This document shows positions 32,212 to 43,681 of a DNA stretch of 64,000 nucleotides, one piece after another. Position numbers and translations under genes: made by a program. The stretch spans positions 41,110 to 105,109 of the forward strand of contig CAWFFE010000006.1 in NCBI GenBank assembly GCA_963815065.1, given 5' to 3'. Every line of letters begins with the position of its first letter. Positions within the stretch are counted from its first letter, which is position 1. Source of the DNA: an uncultured Methanoregulaceae archaeon (GTDB taxonomy: Archaea; Halobacteriota; Methanomicrobia; Methanomicrobiales; Methanospirillaceae). The notes beneath the pieces are model-generated. The model was not told where the DNA came from and ran no database searches. It was given only the letters and a program-made list of their open reading frames with translations.

Positions 32212-34275
32212 ATGGAACTGAAATACGTACCAACCACATGCCCGTATTGCGGGACCGGGTGCGGCCTCAACCTTGTTGTCAAAGACAAGAAGGTTGTCGG
32301 AGTCTCACCGTGGCATCGCAATCCGGTAAACGAGGGCAAGCTGTGTCCGAAGGGTAACTATGCCTGGGAATTTGTCAACAGCCCTGACCGCCTGACAACA
32401 CCGCTCATCAGGAAGGACGGGAAATTTGTCGAGGCCTCATGGGACGAGGCATACAAGCTGATCGCATCCAAGTGGAAGTCATACAAGCCCGAAGAGATGG
32501 CATGCCTCTCCTCGGCCCGTGTCTCCAACGAGGAGAACTACCTGATGCAGAAGTTCGCCCGTGCAGTGTTAAAGACACCGAACGTCGACCACTGCGCCCG
32601 TCTCTGCCATGCATCGACCGTCGTCGGCCTGGCAGGCGCATTCGGCTCCGGTGCAATGACCCAGTCAATTGCAGACATTGCCGAGTCAAAGTGCCTCCTT
32701 GTCATCGGTACCAATACATTCGAACAGCACCCCCTGATCGGGCGCCGCATTATGCAGGCGAAAAAGAACGGTGCCAAGATCATCTACGCCGACCCGCGTC
32801 TTACTGCGACGGGGAAGCAGGCTGACCTGCACCTGCAGTTCTACTCAGGAACCGACGTGGCACTCCTGAACTGCTTCATGCACCAGGCCATCAAGAACGG
32901 CTGGGAGGCAAAAGACTTCATTGCCAAGCGGACCAAGGACTTCGAAAAGGTCAAGGAGATCGTGTCCAAGGACGCTTACAGCCCTGAGAACGTTGCGAAG
33001 ATCACCGGAATTCCCGCAAAAGACATCATTACAGCGGCCGAGTGGTTCTGCACGTCCGGCCAGTCCGCGATTCTCTACTCCATGGGTATCACCCAGCACA
33101 CGACCGGTGTCGACAACGTCAAGTCGGTCGCAAACCTCCAGATGCTGACCGGCAACCTCGGGAGACCAGGGACCGGCATCTGCGCACTGCGTGGCCAGAA
33201 CAACGTGCAGGGCGCCTGCGACATGGGTGCGCTTGCCAACGTGTACTCAGGATACCAGTCGGTCATCGTCCCCGACATGAAGAAGAAGATGGAGACCGCA
33301 TGGGGCTGCGATATTGCCGAGGGCAAGGTCGGCCTGACGGTAACCAAGCTGATCAACGTCCTTGCCGACGAGCCCGGAAAGGTCAAGAGCGTCTACATCA
33401 TGGGCGAGAACCCGATGATCTCCGACCCCGATCTCCACCACGTGGAGAAGGGCCTGAAGAACGTCGACTTCCTGGTCGTGCAGGATATCTTCCTGACCGA
33501 GACCGCACAACTCGCACACGTCGTCCTCCCCGGCGCATGCTTCGCGGAACGCGACGGCACACAGACATCCACCGAACGCCGCGTCCAGAAATGGAGAAAG
33601 GCGCAGGACCCGCCAGGCAAGGCAAAGGCCGACTGGCAGATCATCAGCGAGCTGGCGGCAGAGATGGGATTTGCCAAGCAGTTCCCGTACAAGAGCGCTG
33701 AAGAGATCTTCACCGAAGTAGCAAAGGTCACCCCCTCCTATGGTGGCATGGACTATGCACGTCTCGAGAAGCCGGAGGCGTTGTGCTGGCCCTGCCCGAC
33801 CAAGGAGCACCCCGGAACACCGATTCTCCACAAGGAGAAGTTCACCCACCCGGACGGGCTCGGTATCTTTACCCCGATCGAGTGGAAACCCCCGGCAGAG
33901 GTCCCGGACAAGGACTACCCGCTGATCATGACCACCGGGCGCTGCATCTGGCAGTGGCACACCGGCTCGATGACCCGCCGCTCGGAAAGCCTCGAGCGCG
34001 AGGAGCCCACGGGCTGGGTCGAGATCAATCCCGAGGATGCAAAGGCACTGAACATCAAGGACAAGGAAATGGTCAGGGCGATCTCCCGCCGGGGCGAGAT
34101 CCAGATCGGCGCAAGGGTCACCAAGGACATCAAGAAAGGCGTCGTCTTCATCCCGTTCCACTACGCGGAATGTGCGGCAAACGTCCTCACCAACAATGCA
34201 CTTGACCCGGTAGCAGCAATTCCGGAGTTCAAGGCCTGTGCTGTCAGGATAGAGAAGATCGCGGAGGCGAAGTAA
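32212..34275 (+). CDS. fdhA: Formate dehydrogenase alpha subunit (Mo/W-bis-MGD, Cys ligand)
   Basis: CPYCGTGC..LCPKG Fe-S motif, DHCARLCHAST, LRGQNNVQGACD, TGR..WHTGSMTRR, PEFK. Confidence 0.97.
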   Translation: MELKYVPTTCPYCGTGCGLNLVVKDKKVVGVSPWHRNPVNEGKLCPKGNYAWEFVNSPDRLTTPLIRKDGKFVEASWDEAYKLIASKWKSYKPEEMACLSSARVSNEENYLMQKFARAVLKTPNVDHCARLCHASTVVGLAGAFGSGAMTQSIADIAESKCLLVIGTNTFEQHPLIGRRIMQAKKNGAKIIYADPRLTATGKQADLHLQFYSGTDVALLNCFMHQAIKNGWEAKDFIAKRTKDFEKVKEIVSKDAYSPENVAKITGIPAKDIITAAEWFCTSGQSAILYSMGITQHTTGVDNVKSVANLQMLTGNLGRPGTGICALRGQNNVQGACDMGALANVYSGYQSVIVPDMKKKMETAWGCDIAEGKVGLTVTKLINVLADEPGKVKSVYIMGENPMISDPDLHHVEKGLKNVDFLVVQDIFLTETAQLAHVVLPGACFAERDGTQTSTERRVQKWRKAQDPPGKAKADWQIISELAAEMGFAKQFPYKSAEEIFTEVAKVTPSYGGMDYARLEKPEALCWPCPTKEHPGTPILHKEKFTHPDGLGIFTPIEWKPPAEVPDKDYPLIMTTGRCIWQWHTGSMTRRSESLEREEPTGWVEINPEDAKALNIKDKEMVRAISRRGEIQIGARVTKDIKKGVVFIPFHYAECAANVLTNNALDPVAAIPEFKACAVRIEKIAEAK

Positions 34276-34276
34276 C

Positions 34277-35530
34277 ATGGCAAAGAAAGGCGATATGCTC
34301 TACGCGTGGACCAACGACGCAGAGATCAAGAAGAAGGCTGAACTCGGTGGTGCGGTAACCGCTCTCTGGAAACACGCACTCGAGACCAAGATGGTCGATG
34401 CGGTCTTCGCCGTCAGGAAGGGTACCGACCTCTACGATGCCCAGCCGGTATTTATCACCGACCCGAAGGAACTTGCCCAGACGGCAGGGTCGCTCCACTG
34501 CGGAACCCTCCTGCTCCCCAAGCTGGTCAAGAAATTCATGGACGGCGCCTCCAACATGAAGATCGGAGTCACGGTCAAGGGCTGCGACATGATGGGGTTC
34601 TACGAACTCGCAAAGCGCAAGCAGATCAACCTCGATAATGTTATCATGATTGGTGTCAACTGCGGTGGATCTGTCAGCCCGATCCTTGCCCGCAAAATGA
34701 TTGCCGATAAATTCGGTGTTGATCCGGACACGGTGCACAAGGAAGAGATTGACAAGGGCCAGTTCATCATCGAGTACGAAGGCGGACACAAGGGTATTTC
34801 CATGGATGAACTTGAGGAGGCCGGGTACGGACGCAGGACCAACTGCCGGCGCTGCAAACTGAAAGTCCCGCGCCAGGCGGATCTGGCCTGTGGTAACTGG
34901 GGAGTCATCGGCGACAAGGCCGGTAAGGCAACCTTCGTGGAAGTCTGCAGCGAGAAAGGTGCGAACCTCCTCAGTGGCGCGGTGAAATCCGGTATCCTCG
35001 CAACCGAGGCGGCAAACCCCAAGGGTATTGAGATCCGGGGCAAAGTCGAAGGTGCAATGCTCAAGCTTGGCGACAAGTGGCGCAAGAAAGACTTTGAGGG
35101 ACTCGGTGACGGCAAGGAGCGCCTGAAGAAGATCATGACAGAGACATCCCGCTGCATCAAGTGCTATTCCTGTATCAGCGCCTGTCCCATCTGTTATTGC
35201 GTGGACTGCACGACCAAGAACCCGGCCTATGTCACGCCCGGGCAGCTCCCGCCCAATTTCATGTTCCACCTCATCCGCTTCGCCCATATCGCGGACTCCT
35301 GCGTGAACTGCGGCCAGTGCGAGGAACTCTGCCCTGCAGATATCCCGAACGCCCTCTTCATGCATGCCCAGCAGGTCGAACTCGAAAAGATGTTCGGCCA
35401 TGTGCCCGGCGTCAACATGGAACTCCCGCTGCTCGCGATGGTCGAGGAGAAGGAAGAGCGTGGACGCCTGCACAACACCGGCAGTGACATGATCTACGAG
35501 AACGTGTTCAATCCCTTTAAGGATCAGTAA
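34277..35530 (+). CDS. fdhB: F420-dependent formate dehydrogenase beta subunit
   Basis: GGAVT, AGSLHCG, VKGCD, GVNCGG, GRRTNCRRC, DLACGNWG and two ferredoxin CxxCxxCxxxCP motifs. Confidence 0.96.
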   Translation: MAKKGDMLYAWTNDAEIKKKAELGGAVTALWKHALETKMVDAVFAVRKGTDLYDAQPVFITDPKELAQTAGSLHCGTLLLPKLVKKFMDGASNMKIGVTVKGCDMMGFYELAKRKQINLDNVIMIGVNCGGSVSPILARKMIADKFGVDPDTVHKEEIDKGQFIIEYEGGHKGISMDELEEAGYGRRTNCRRCKLKVPRQADLACGNWGVIGDKAGKATFVEVCSEKGANLLSGAVKSGILATEAANPKGIEIRGKVEGAMLKLGDKWRKKDFEGLGDGKERLKKIMTETSRCIKCYSCISACPICYCVDCTTKNPAYVTPGQLPPNFMFHLIRFAHIADSCVNCGQCEELCPADIPNALFMHAQQVELEKMFGHVPGVNMELPLLAMVEEKEERGRLHNTGSDMIYENVFNPFKDQ

Positions 35531-35533
35531 CAC

Positions 35534-35542
35534 TTTTTTTTT
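35534..35542 (+). terminator. U-tract terminator after fdhB
   Basis: Run of 9 T immediately after the stop. Confidence 0.55.
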
Positions 35543-35894
35543 CGCTTTATCGGATATTGATCCTCTCCGGTTGTCACGTATCAATTGCTGCTGCATTCCT
35601 GCTGCCGGGAGCAGCCGAAAAACGATACGACCGCTTCCGGGACGTCGACGACAACTTCTCCGGGAAAAAGGAGAATCTGAAGGATATGACGGAGGAATGC
35701 TGCTCGTTGTGAGTCAACTCAACCGGGGGAGCAGATCCCGATCATGTTTTTCCAACATCGTTCTCATCGGTCTCTCAACTCGTTTGAAAACAAAAGTTCC
35801 GTGAGTAAAGGAAATTCAACCATCTGGACGCAGGAAAATTTTTCAATCTGCAAAGGCATTGAAGAGATTCCTTAAGCGCACAAAAATAAGCAGG

Positions 35895-36350
35895 TTATTT
35901 TTTCCACCTGAATAAAGGAAAGACCGGTTTTAAGAGATCTGGTTCTTCTTCCATGGCTGAGAGGTGCGATGAATGGGAGAACTGTCTTCCTTCTTCATTT
36001 TCATAGGTTACCATGATCTTCATCTGTTCAACCATCGTCCTGAGGGGAATTTCATAGGCAGACTCTACTTCAAGCTCGGGGATATCAGATTCGATATTGA
36101 TTGGTACCAGGGTTGCATGGATTTTCATTGCCCGTGCATTCCCCTTGTTGGTCAGGATAACTGCCTTTGCATCGGCCCTGAGCGTTGCGCCAATATCCGG
36201 TACCCCTCTGCTGTCCTGCATTATCGCAACTGACATCACGATAACGACAACGAGAATGCATACAATTCCTGCGAGATAAATATCGAAAAATACCAGGAAG
36301 ATGGTAATAAGTGCCCCGAAAATAAGCAGGATTATGATGTTTTTTTCCAT
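35895..36350 (-). CDS. Hypothetical membrane-anchored protein
   Basis: Two N-terminal TM segments and a beta-rich soluble domain. Confidence 0.7.
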   Translation of the reverse strand: MEKNIIILLIFGALITIFLVFFDIYLAGIVCILVVVIVMSVAIMQDSRGVPDIGATLRADAKAVILTNKGNARAMKIHATLVPINIESDIPELEVESAYEIPLRTMVEQMKIMVTYENEEGRQFSHSSHLSAMEEEPDLLKPVFPLFRWKK

Positions 36351-36818
36351 AGATTCATGTATCGTTTGTACCTTTTTTTGTTTACGGTTCTGTATTGTTC
36401 ATTCCGGATGACTAAAACGGGGATTGCCTCATAGCCAATACCGATCATTCGCGGGAAAACAGTCCAATCGGTAAAATAAATAAAATCTGGTAATGATTTC
36501 CTGTTTCATCTTTTTTTTGCCGTTTGTTAAAGTTGCGCGTTCCAACCAAAACATTGCAGAGGAATTACCAGAAAGCATATAATAAATAATTTTACAAAAT
36601 TTCATTTAATATATCTAGCTAAAAAACATGAGAATCAACTAAAATTGGTTAATAAAATAACTGATAATATTTTCTCTTTAATGCACAATTTTCGTCCGTT
36701 TGGCAAACAATCCGAAAATTATTAATAACCCTCACAAAAGAGTGTAAATTGACCTATACGAAAAGTGATTTAATAAGTTGCTGGTATAGGTTGAAACGTT
36801 TCAGAGGTGTTTAAGAAA

Positions 36819-37697
36819 ATGGTGTTTCATCCTCCGGTAGCAATCGTCGCTAAGGCTGCGGATGCCGGAAAATACAAAGTAGGGATCCCTGCATGGAACA
36901 TGGTCCTTCGCGGGTTCATGGCTGGCGCATATATCGCCATGGGTGGCGCTCTCGCAACAATGTGCAGTGCCGGAATTCAGGCAAGCGATGCTGCACTGCG
37001 GTATGGTACTGCAAGTGCCGGGTTTTCCCAGCTCATCACAGGGGCAGTGTTCCCCGTCGGGCTTATTATCATCGTCCTGACCGGTGCAGAGCTCTTCACT
37101 GGTGACGCAATGCTCGCCCCGATGGCAGCTTTCATCCACAAGATCAGCTGGATGCAGGTCCTGAACCTCTGGGTCTGGGTATATATCGGAAACCTCATCG
37201 GCTCGCTCTTCTATGCGTACCTGATGGCAAACGGTCCGTTTGTATCTATTAATGCTGCAGGTGTCGTAGCCTCCAACGCATTTGGTGCAAGAGCGATCGC
37301 CATTGCAGTAGGCAAGGTTTCCTATGTCAGCATGATAGGACAGTATTCAGCATTCTTAAAAGCCATCGGTTGTAACTGGCTTGTCAACCTCGCCGTCCTG
37401 CTCGGTATCTGTGCGGATGACCTTATCGGCAAGTTCTTCGGTATCTGGTTCCCGATCATGGCCTTCGTTTCCTCGGGATTCGAACACTGTGTCGCGAACA
37501 TGTACTTCATCCCGGCAGGTATATGGACTCAGGGCTATCTCGCTGACCCAACAACTATCAACGCCGGACTGAATTGGGTCACCATGTGGACAAACAACCT
37601 GATCATCGTCACTATCGGTAACATTGTTGGTGGGTTGCTCTTCGTTGGTATCATCTACTGGGTTGCGTTCCGGAAAGAGATCGCAGCACTGAAATAG
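36819..37697 (+). CDS. fdhC: Formate/nitrite transporter
   Basis: GFMAGAYI, FPVGL, GAELFTG, GNLIG, IGCNWLV, GFEHCVANM, GNIVGG. Lies near fdhAB. Confidence 0.93.
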   Translation: MVFHPPVAIVAKAADAGKYKVGIPAWNMVLRGFMAGAYIAMGGALATMCSAGIQASDAALRYGTASAGFSQLITGAVFPVGLIIIVLTGAELFTGDAMLAPMAAFIHKISWMQVLNLWVWVYIGNLIGSLFYAYLMANGPFVSINAAGVVASNAFGARAIAIAVGKVSYVSMIGQYSAFLKAIGCNWLVNLAVLLGICADDLIGKFFGIWFPIMAFVSSGFEHCVANMYFIPAGIWTQGYLADPTTINAGLNWVTMWTNNLIIVTIGNIVGGLLFVGIIYWVAFRKEIAALK

Positions 37698-37927
37698 ATA
37701 CACGCGATTCAATCTTCTGATTAAAACCAGAACCGGAATGTGAAAATCCGGGTGCCGCGATCGCGGCCTCCCGGGTCTTCTCTTTTTTTTAAAAAACAGT
37801 TTCTTTCCATGTTCTCATGTTTCATAGGCGATAAAACCGTGTCCCCTTAATAGTAGTACCATCTTACTACCTTAGGACAACCCGCCGAACATCTTCCTGG
37901 CATTACCCTGGCCTGTATCATCTGATT

Positions 37928-39722
37928 ATGTATCGATTCAAGCGACTGATCGACCCCTATCACCGTATCCTTTTCATCGCGATAGTCGTTGGGATTATTT
38001 CCGGTGTTGGCTCGCTTCTTTTTTATGAAGGACTGAAATGGGGTTCCCGTTTTTTCATGGGATACCTGCTGAATTACCGGATGCCGCTCGAAGGGGAGGG
38101 CGTTGCAGTCATTTCCCAGTGGTCGGCACCGGACAATATTTTTCTCCTGCTCCCGATCCTCTGTACAGGGGCATTGCTATCAGGTCTGCTGATCACGAAT
38201 TTTGCTCCTGAAGCGGAGGGGCACGGGACCGATGCAGCGATAAAAGCATTTCACACGGAAGGAAAGATTCGGCGGAGAGTCCCGTTTCTCAAGGCAATAA
38301 CCGCCATCCTGACCATATCGACCGGGGGAAGTGCCGGCAGGGAGGGACCCGCTGCCCAGATATCTGCCGGCTTCGGTTCGATGGTTGCGGATTATTTTCA
38401 CCTGTCCCCCCGTGAACGCAGGCTCGCGCTTACGACCGGGATCGGGGCAGGTATCGGCACGATCTTCAAGGCTCCCCTCGGAGGAGCAGTCCTGGCCGCT
38501 GAAATACTCTATATTCGCGATTTCGAGTTTGAGGCGATCATCCCCTCATTCCTGGCATCGATCATCGGGTACTCCATCTTCGGTTTGTTCGAGGGGTTTG
38601 ACCCCATATTTGCCCTGATGCCGGTTTCGTGGAATATCTGGCAGATACCCTTTTTTCTCATTCTCGGGGTCTGCTGTGCCCTGATCGGGCTCCTGTATAT
38701 TGCCGTTTTTTACGGCACGAAAGATCTCTTTTCACGCGTGTTTAAGGAAAAGAATCTCCCCCTTTATTTAAAACCGGTCAGCGGGGCTCTCATCCTTGGA
38801 CTTATCGTTATCGCGCTTTATTTTATCTCCCCGGAAACACAGATGCTCGGCCTTGCCGGGCTCGGGACAGGATACGGTTTTGTCCAGTTATCGCTGTTTG
38901 ACCTGGTACCTCTTCTCGTCCTGCTGTTATTACCGTTCATGAAAATCCTCACGACCTCCCTTACTCTCGGATCCGGGGGGAGCGGCGGAGTTTTTGCGCC
39001 GGGACTGACCATCGGTGCTGCAACCGGTGGAGCGGTCGGCATGATCTTTCATATCCTGTTCCCGGCAATTATACCGCTCCAGTCGGTCCCGGTCTTCGGC
39101 ATCGTCGGTATGATCGCACTCTTTGGTGCAATTGCCAACGCTCCCATCGCCGTCCTGATCATGGTTGTCGAGATGATGGGGAACTTCTCGCTTCTCGTAC
39201 CGGCCATGGGTGGTGTCGGAATCTCGTACCTGATCACGGCGGGGAGATCGATTTACCATGAGCAGGTGCCGACCAAGGCGCAGTCGGAAGCCCACCGGCA
39301 CGAGTACGGGAAGAGGGTGCTCGAATGGATCCAGGTCCGCGAGGCGATGATCCTAAAAGAACAGGTGATCACCTTTTCTCCTGACGACCCGGTCCAGAAG
39401 GTTCGTACAGGCCATCGACCAGACTTCCCATTCAGGCTTTCCGGTTCTCGATAACGACCGGCTTGTCGGTATCATTACCGTGTGCGATGTCCGCAGAGTC
39501 CAGAATGGCGCCGGACTGACCTCGCCTGTCCGCGATGCCATGACCCGGGAACTCATCGTAATTTCCCCTGACGACACGATGGAAAATGCGATGCGGGTGA
39601 TGATGATCCACGATATCCATCACCTTCCGGTCGCTTCACCGGACGACCCGGCACTGATGATGGGTTTTCTCACCCGGACCGATATGATGCAGATCTATTC
39701 CCGGGCCTGCCGGTTCGAGTGA
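37928..39722 (+). CDS. CLC-family chloride channel/antiporter with C-terminal CBS pair (frameshift near 39405)
   Basis: GHGTD, GGSAGREGP, FKAPLGG, GGSGGVFAP. CBS motifs (HSGFPV, VRDAMTR, IHHLPV) in the second frame. Confidence 0.9.
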
Positions 39723-39989
39723 ACATTCCGGAGGATTGTGTTATATATCCCTGACCGGTAAGTTTTCCCGGTGAAATCGGGCAGGTACTTTATCATTCTT
39801 ATTACTCCTTTTGAGACTGATCCACAAAAGGAACACGAACTCCCCTTCTGATCGGTGCGGCGGTTATCGTCTTTCATTCATCCGGAAAAACCTGAAATAG
39901 CAATGACGGGTAGATCCTGGTGACAGGATTATCTTTTAAAAAAAGGCGATCGCAGGACTGAAGTAGATTAACGGCTAACGATCACTACG

Positions 39990-40493
39990 ATGAAGATCGG
40001 AAATATCGAAGTGAAGGTCTCGATTGTCGCAATCGCGGTATTTGTGACCTTTACCATTCTCCTGCTTATTGCATCCGTCTACAGCGCTGAAGTCCGGTCC
40101 CAGCTTATCTGGCTTATCCCCATGCTGTTCCTGCTCCTCGTTATCCCGACGGCGCTCAATTACATGAGCCGAAGCCAGTATGCCGGTATTGCACCCATCT
40201 ATGAAGCACAGGCAAAGACCATACGGATCAAGCTGATTAACGCGAGTATGGTAGGTAAACCGGTGAGGGTTGAAGGGATTGTTGAAAAAGTACATTTCCA
40301 GTTCCTGAACCGGCCCCAGTATGTTGTTGCAGACCGATCCGGGTCGATATCGGTCAAGATGTTCACCAGTCCTGATGAAGATGTCAAAGTGAATGATGTC
40401 GTTGAGGTCATCGGCCAGGTAATCCAGCGGTACATTGTCACCGGAGATCCGATCATCAACTGTGTTTCCATCAGAAAAATCAAAAAAGCATAA
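39990..40493 (+). CDS. Membrane-anchored OB-fold protein
   Basis: Two TM segments then GKPVRVEGIV..YVVADRSGSISV..VEVIGQV. Confidence 0.75.
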   Translation: MKIGNIEVKVSIVAIAVFVTFTILLLIASVYSAEVRSQLIWLIPMLFLLLVIPTALNYMSRSQYAGIAPIYEAQAKTIRIKLINASMVGKPVRVEGIVEKVHFQFLNRPQYVVADRSGSISVKMFTSPDEDVKVNDVVEVIGQVIQRYIVTGDPIINCVSIRKIKKA

Positions 40494-40558
40494 AGCCCGG
40501 TGAATTCTTTGATAACGATACCATGGCATGATACAATTCCATCCGGTGGAGAACAATA

Positions 40559-41398
40559 ATGGCAGACGTTTCCTGCGAGAACACCGATCAACCCAAAAAC
40601 AGTATGCACTTCTGGCTGGAAGCCGGCGTCCCTCTCTTATCATTCGGGGGTGCGGCCCTTGCAATCCTGTTCCAGATGCAGAACATCCCCCTGGATTTCC
40701 ACATCCCCTCCTTTGGATGCGTTCTTTCTTCAGTTTTCCTTGCGTATCTTGCCTGGATACGACCAAAAAAAGATATTGTTGCCCTCTCTACACCAATTTA
40801 CTCTGTTATCTTTTTTATCGTCCCGACCGATTTCTCCGTGGGGATACTGCTCCAGCTATTGTATGCCGTGAGCCTTACCCTCCTGCTGGTGCGGCTCAGG
40901 TACCGCTTCGGCAAACCCGGTACGGCAGTATCGCTCGGCAGGGAACTGGGAGGGACGGTGAAAGCCTATATCGATCAAAACCGGGACCTCATCACCGGCG
41001 TCAGTCCCGGGACAGCGCACCGTGCCGCCCTGGTATTCGTGCGGTTTGCCGAGGGAAATTATGAGGATGCGGTCCAGTGCTCCAGAAGTGCGCTGCTTGA
41101 AGAGGAAAATCCCCTCCCGGGAAGCCCCCTGAACCGGGCATTCAGCATAGTCCGGGAACATGCACACCTGCTGGACAAAGCGCTGGATCGTCCGCTGAAC
41201 TACCTGACATTTCCGGAAAACGACGCCCCCTTTCTGGCAAAACCTGCTGGTCCCGGTGCTGACGACCATATGAAATTTTATACTGCGCTTGACAACGCCC
41301 TTCTTTTATTATACAGCACTGCCTGGAATTATTCCGAACGGGACCGCCCCCACCTGCTGCTGTGCCAGGCGTTTGCGCAGAAACTTATGACTGAATAA
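40559..41398 (+). CDS. Hypothetical membrane protein
   Basis: Four N-terminal TM segments and a helical C-terminal domain. Confidence 0.7.
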   Translation: MADVSCENTDQPKNSMHFWLEAGVPLLSFGGAALAILFQMQNIPLDFHIPSFGCVLSSVFLAYLAWIRPKKDIVALSTPIYSVIFFIVPTDFSVGILLQLLYAVSLTLLLVRLRYRFGKPGTAVSLGRELGGTVKAYIDQNRDLITGVSPGTAHRAALVFVRFAEGNYEDAVQCSRSALLEEENPLPGSPLNRAFSIVREHAHLLDKALDRPLNYLTFPENDAPFLAKPAGPGADDHMKFYTALDNALLLLYSTAWNYSERDRPHLLLCQAFAQKLMTE

Positions 41399-41603
41399 TA
41401 TCACGGCGTGATGTTTTTTTGTCGGGAGGCTGCAGCCAGGCTCCGGCGGCAGATTCGTCAGGAACCGGATGAATGACCGTAGCGGATGGACCGTCCGAGC
41501 CCTCTTCGAATTGCCGGACGTAATCCTGACATTTGTGGTTAATTTGACGGAAAAACGAAACCGGCTTTGATACCGTTGTAGATTTCCGGCAGGAAAAAAA
41601 GAA

Positions 41604-42255
41604 TTACACCGGTCCTGCACTGTCATAGACCTGGCACAGGTAGCGGGCTTCGAACAGGACGATGAAGGGGGCCAGGAAAAATGCAAGCAGACCGCCGATG
41701 ACGGGGATGGCAAAGAGAATTCCTTCCACAATCCCGACAATAACTGCCATGATGATAAGGGCAACGATGTAGTTGATCCAGCCAATCTTCCCGATGGTCC
41801 CGAGAATCGCACCGAAGTTGAAGGCCTCGCCCATGCTGCCGGTGCGGGCAAACCTGATGATCCCAATCGCCGCGATCAGTACCGATGATGATCCACACAA
41901 TCACGAAAATCACCAGTCCGATAAGGAAAACTCCGACCCCTGCCAGGATTGCTGCCGTATTCTGCCGGATGGCTGCGACGATCAGCGGGGCGATGCTGAT
42001 GATTCCGATGATGGCCAGCGGAATAAGATAGATGATGACAATCACCGCGTACTTTATTCCGTCAATAAACAGCGTCCCCCAGTCGTTTACCTCCGGAGAT
42101 GGCTTTTCCCCGCGGAGTATTTTCAGCTCATACCCGAGAAGCGGGAGCGACAGCAGGATGGTTGCAACGAGCAGCAGCAGCCATTTCATCCATTTTCCGA
42201 CAAGGCCTTCTTTGGCATATTCGAATGATTCACCGAGCATGTTTCCATAATCCAT
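41604..42255 (-). CDS. DUF4013-family membrane protein (frameshift near 41880)
   Basis: MDYGNMLGESFEY, LLGY..ILRG..P..DWGTLFIDG, and in the second frame RFARTGSMGEAFNF, ARYLCQVYD. Confidence 0.8.
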
Positions 42256-42627
42256 AGCTTTTCACCATCTCCTTTTCAGGATAGTTCTCTCTTGGGTGTT
42301 TTTGCCTTAATAAGTGTAGGGCTGAATTCTGCACAGGAAGGAGAGTATGTTCCGGCGAATGCCGGCTCATTATTCTCGAGAGATCCCGACGCTCCTCAGT
42401 CGGATTGATCTTTTTTATTGGTTGTTCTCTGCAGGATCATTGAGGATCTTTCCCCGGCTCCTCGTGGTTCTTATATCGGATCTCCTTTGAACCGGCTATA
42501 GGTATAATTGACAGGTTCTATCTTCGAACCCGCTGCGATTTGCGAATTTATCATGAGCTCTTTCACAATGCTTTGCTGAGTTGTCATGGGAATGAAATCT
42601 GACATGGTTCCACCCGGTGGTGTGGAT

Positions 42628-43453
42628 ATGAAAAGGATCATACTCATCGCGGTATGCCTGCTGGGTATTGCAGGGCCGGTATCTGCCTACCAGTCTGTAT
42701 CTCAGCTGTCCGGAATCCGTGCAGGTTGGTCTTCCGTTAAACTGTTCGGTTGACAGCAATTTGCCCACCGGGACTGCGTTTGATGTTGTATTTTACCAGT
42801 CCGTGTATATTGCACAGCCTTTCAGCCGCATGTCATTCACGATCAAGGCAGATCATCCAACGCAGTACCTGTCACTTGACACGAAAGGATTGCCCGGGGG
42901 CCAGTACAAAGTGGAAGTCAGATTTTCCGGTCCTGAAGAGGGCAAACTCTCCTCCGATTCGGTAACCATGCAGGTGCCCAGACTTATTGACCGTTCGGGA
43001 GAAATCACGATCACCTCTCCCCTGTCCCAGACGTTTGACGAAGCGCTCAGGATCGAGGGGTCAATAGCAAAACTCGGAAATAAAGGTGTCGAGATCGAGG
43101 TCAGGGGACCTGATGGTTTTGTCTTCGGGCCCCAGTACATTGACACAAAGGTTGATTACCGATCCGGGGCAGGAGTTTTTACGCGAAGGGTAGCAGTGAC
43201 CACTTCCGGGAGATATGATGTGTACTTTTCAGATGTGGATGGATATATCGGTGTCAAATCATTCAATGTCCTTGCTGCAGGAAGCCAGGTACCCACCGTT
43301 GTTCCTTCCGCGACGCTCACGGGCACACAACCCCAGGCAACAGTCCCGTCCCTCCCGGTGACGACGCCCAAATCCCCGTTGTCGCTTTTCCCGGTTGTGG
43401 CCTCTCTCTCCCTGCTGGTTCTGTTGTCAGCCGGTATCAAAAAATACCGGTGA
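42628..43453 (+). CDS. Secreted cell-surface protein with PGF-CTERM-like anchor (frameshift near 42695)
   Basis: Signal peptide MKRIILIAVCLLGIAGPVSA from ATG 42628 in another frame, Ig-like beta body, Thr/Pro linker, KSPLS, TM segment and basic tail KKYR. Confidence 0.7.
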
Positions 43454-43681
43454 AGGTATCTTCCCTTTTTACGGTCAGTATTCGGCTTTGTTAATACTAT
43501 TCTTCTTAACGCTTCTGGAGGCCACGGCAGGTCATGCTCCGCCCCGGTCGCTTTGGCATTTCCCTGAGAGATAATTCCAAAGAAGGTGCTCCAACACAAT
43601 CACACAGCTGGAGGCGGGATAGAGGGGGACTCATACAGTCCCCTACGGTACCAGGCGATTCGCAATGAGATGAAATCTTAT

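Noticed and set aside
32212-34275. Selenocysteine-containing FdhA
   Set aside because: The active-site codon is TGC (RLCHAST) and there is no in-frame TGA.
33247-35596. Long minus-strand ORFs opposite fdhAB (also those opposite acs, herA and surE)
   Set aside because: Antisense shadows caused by biased GC-rich codon usage, with no recognisable motifs.
37750-39454. Fluoride riboswitch with a CLC-F exporter
   Set aside because: No recognisable crcB-motif sequence upstream. The protein has GHGTD/GREGP, not the CLC-F GNNLI/GREGT motifs.
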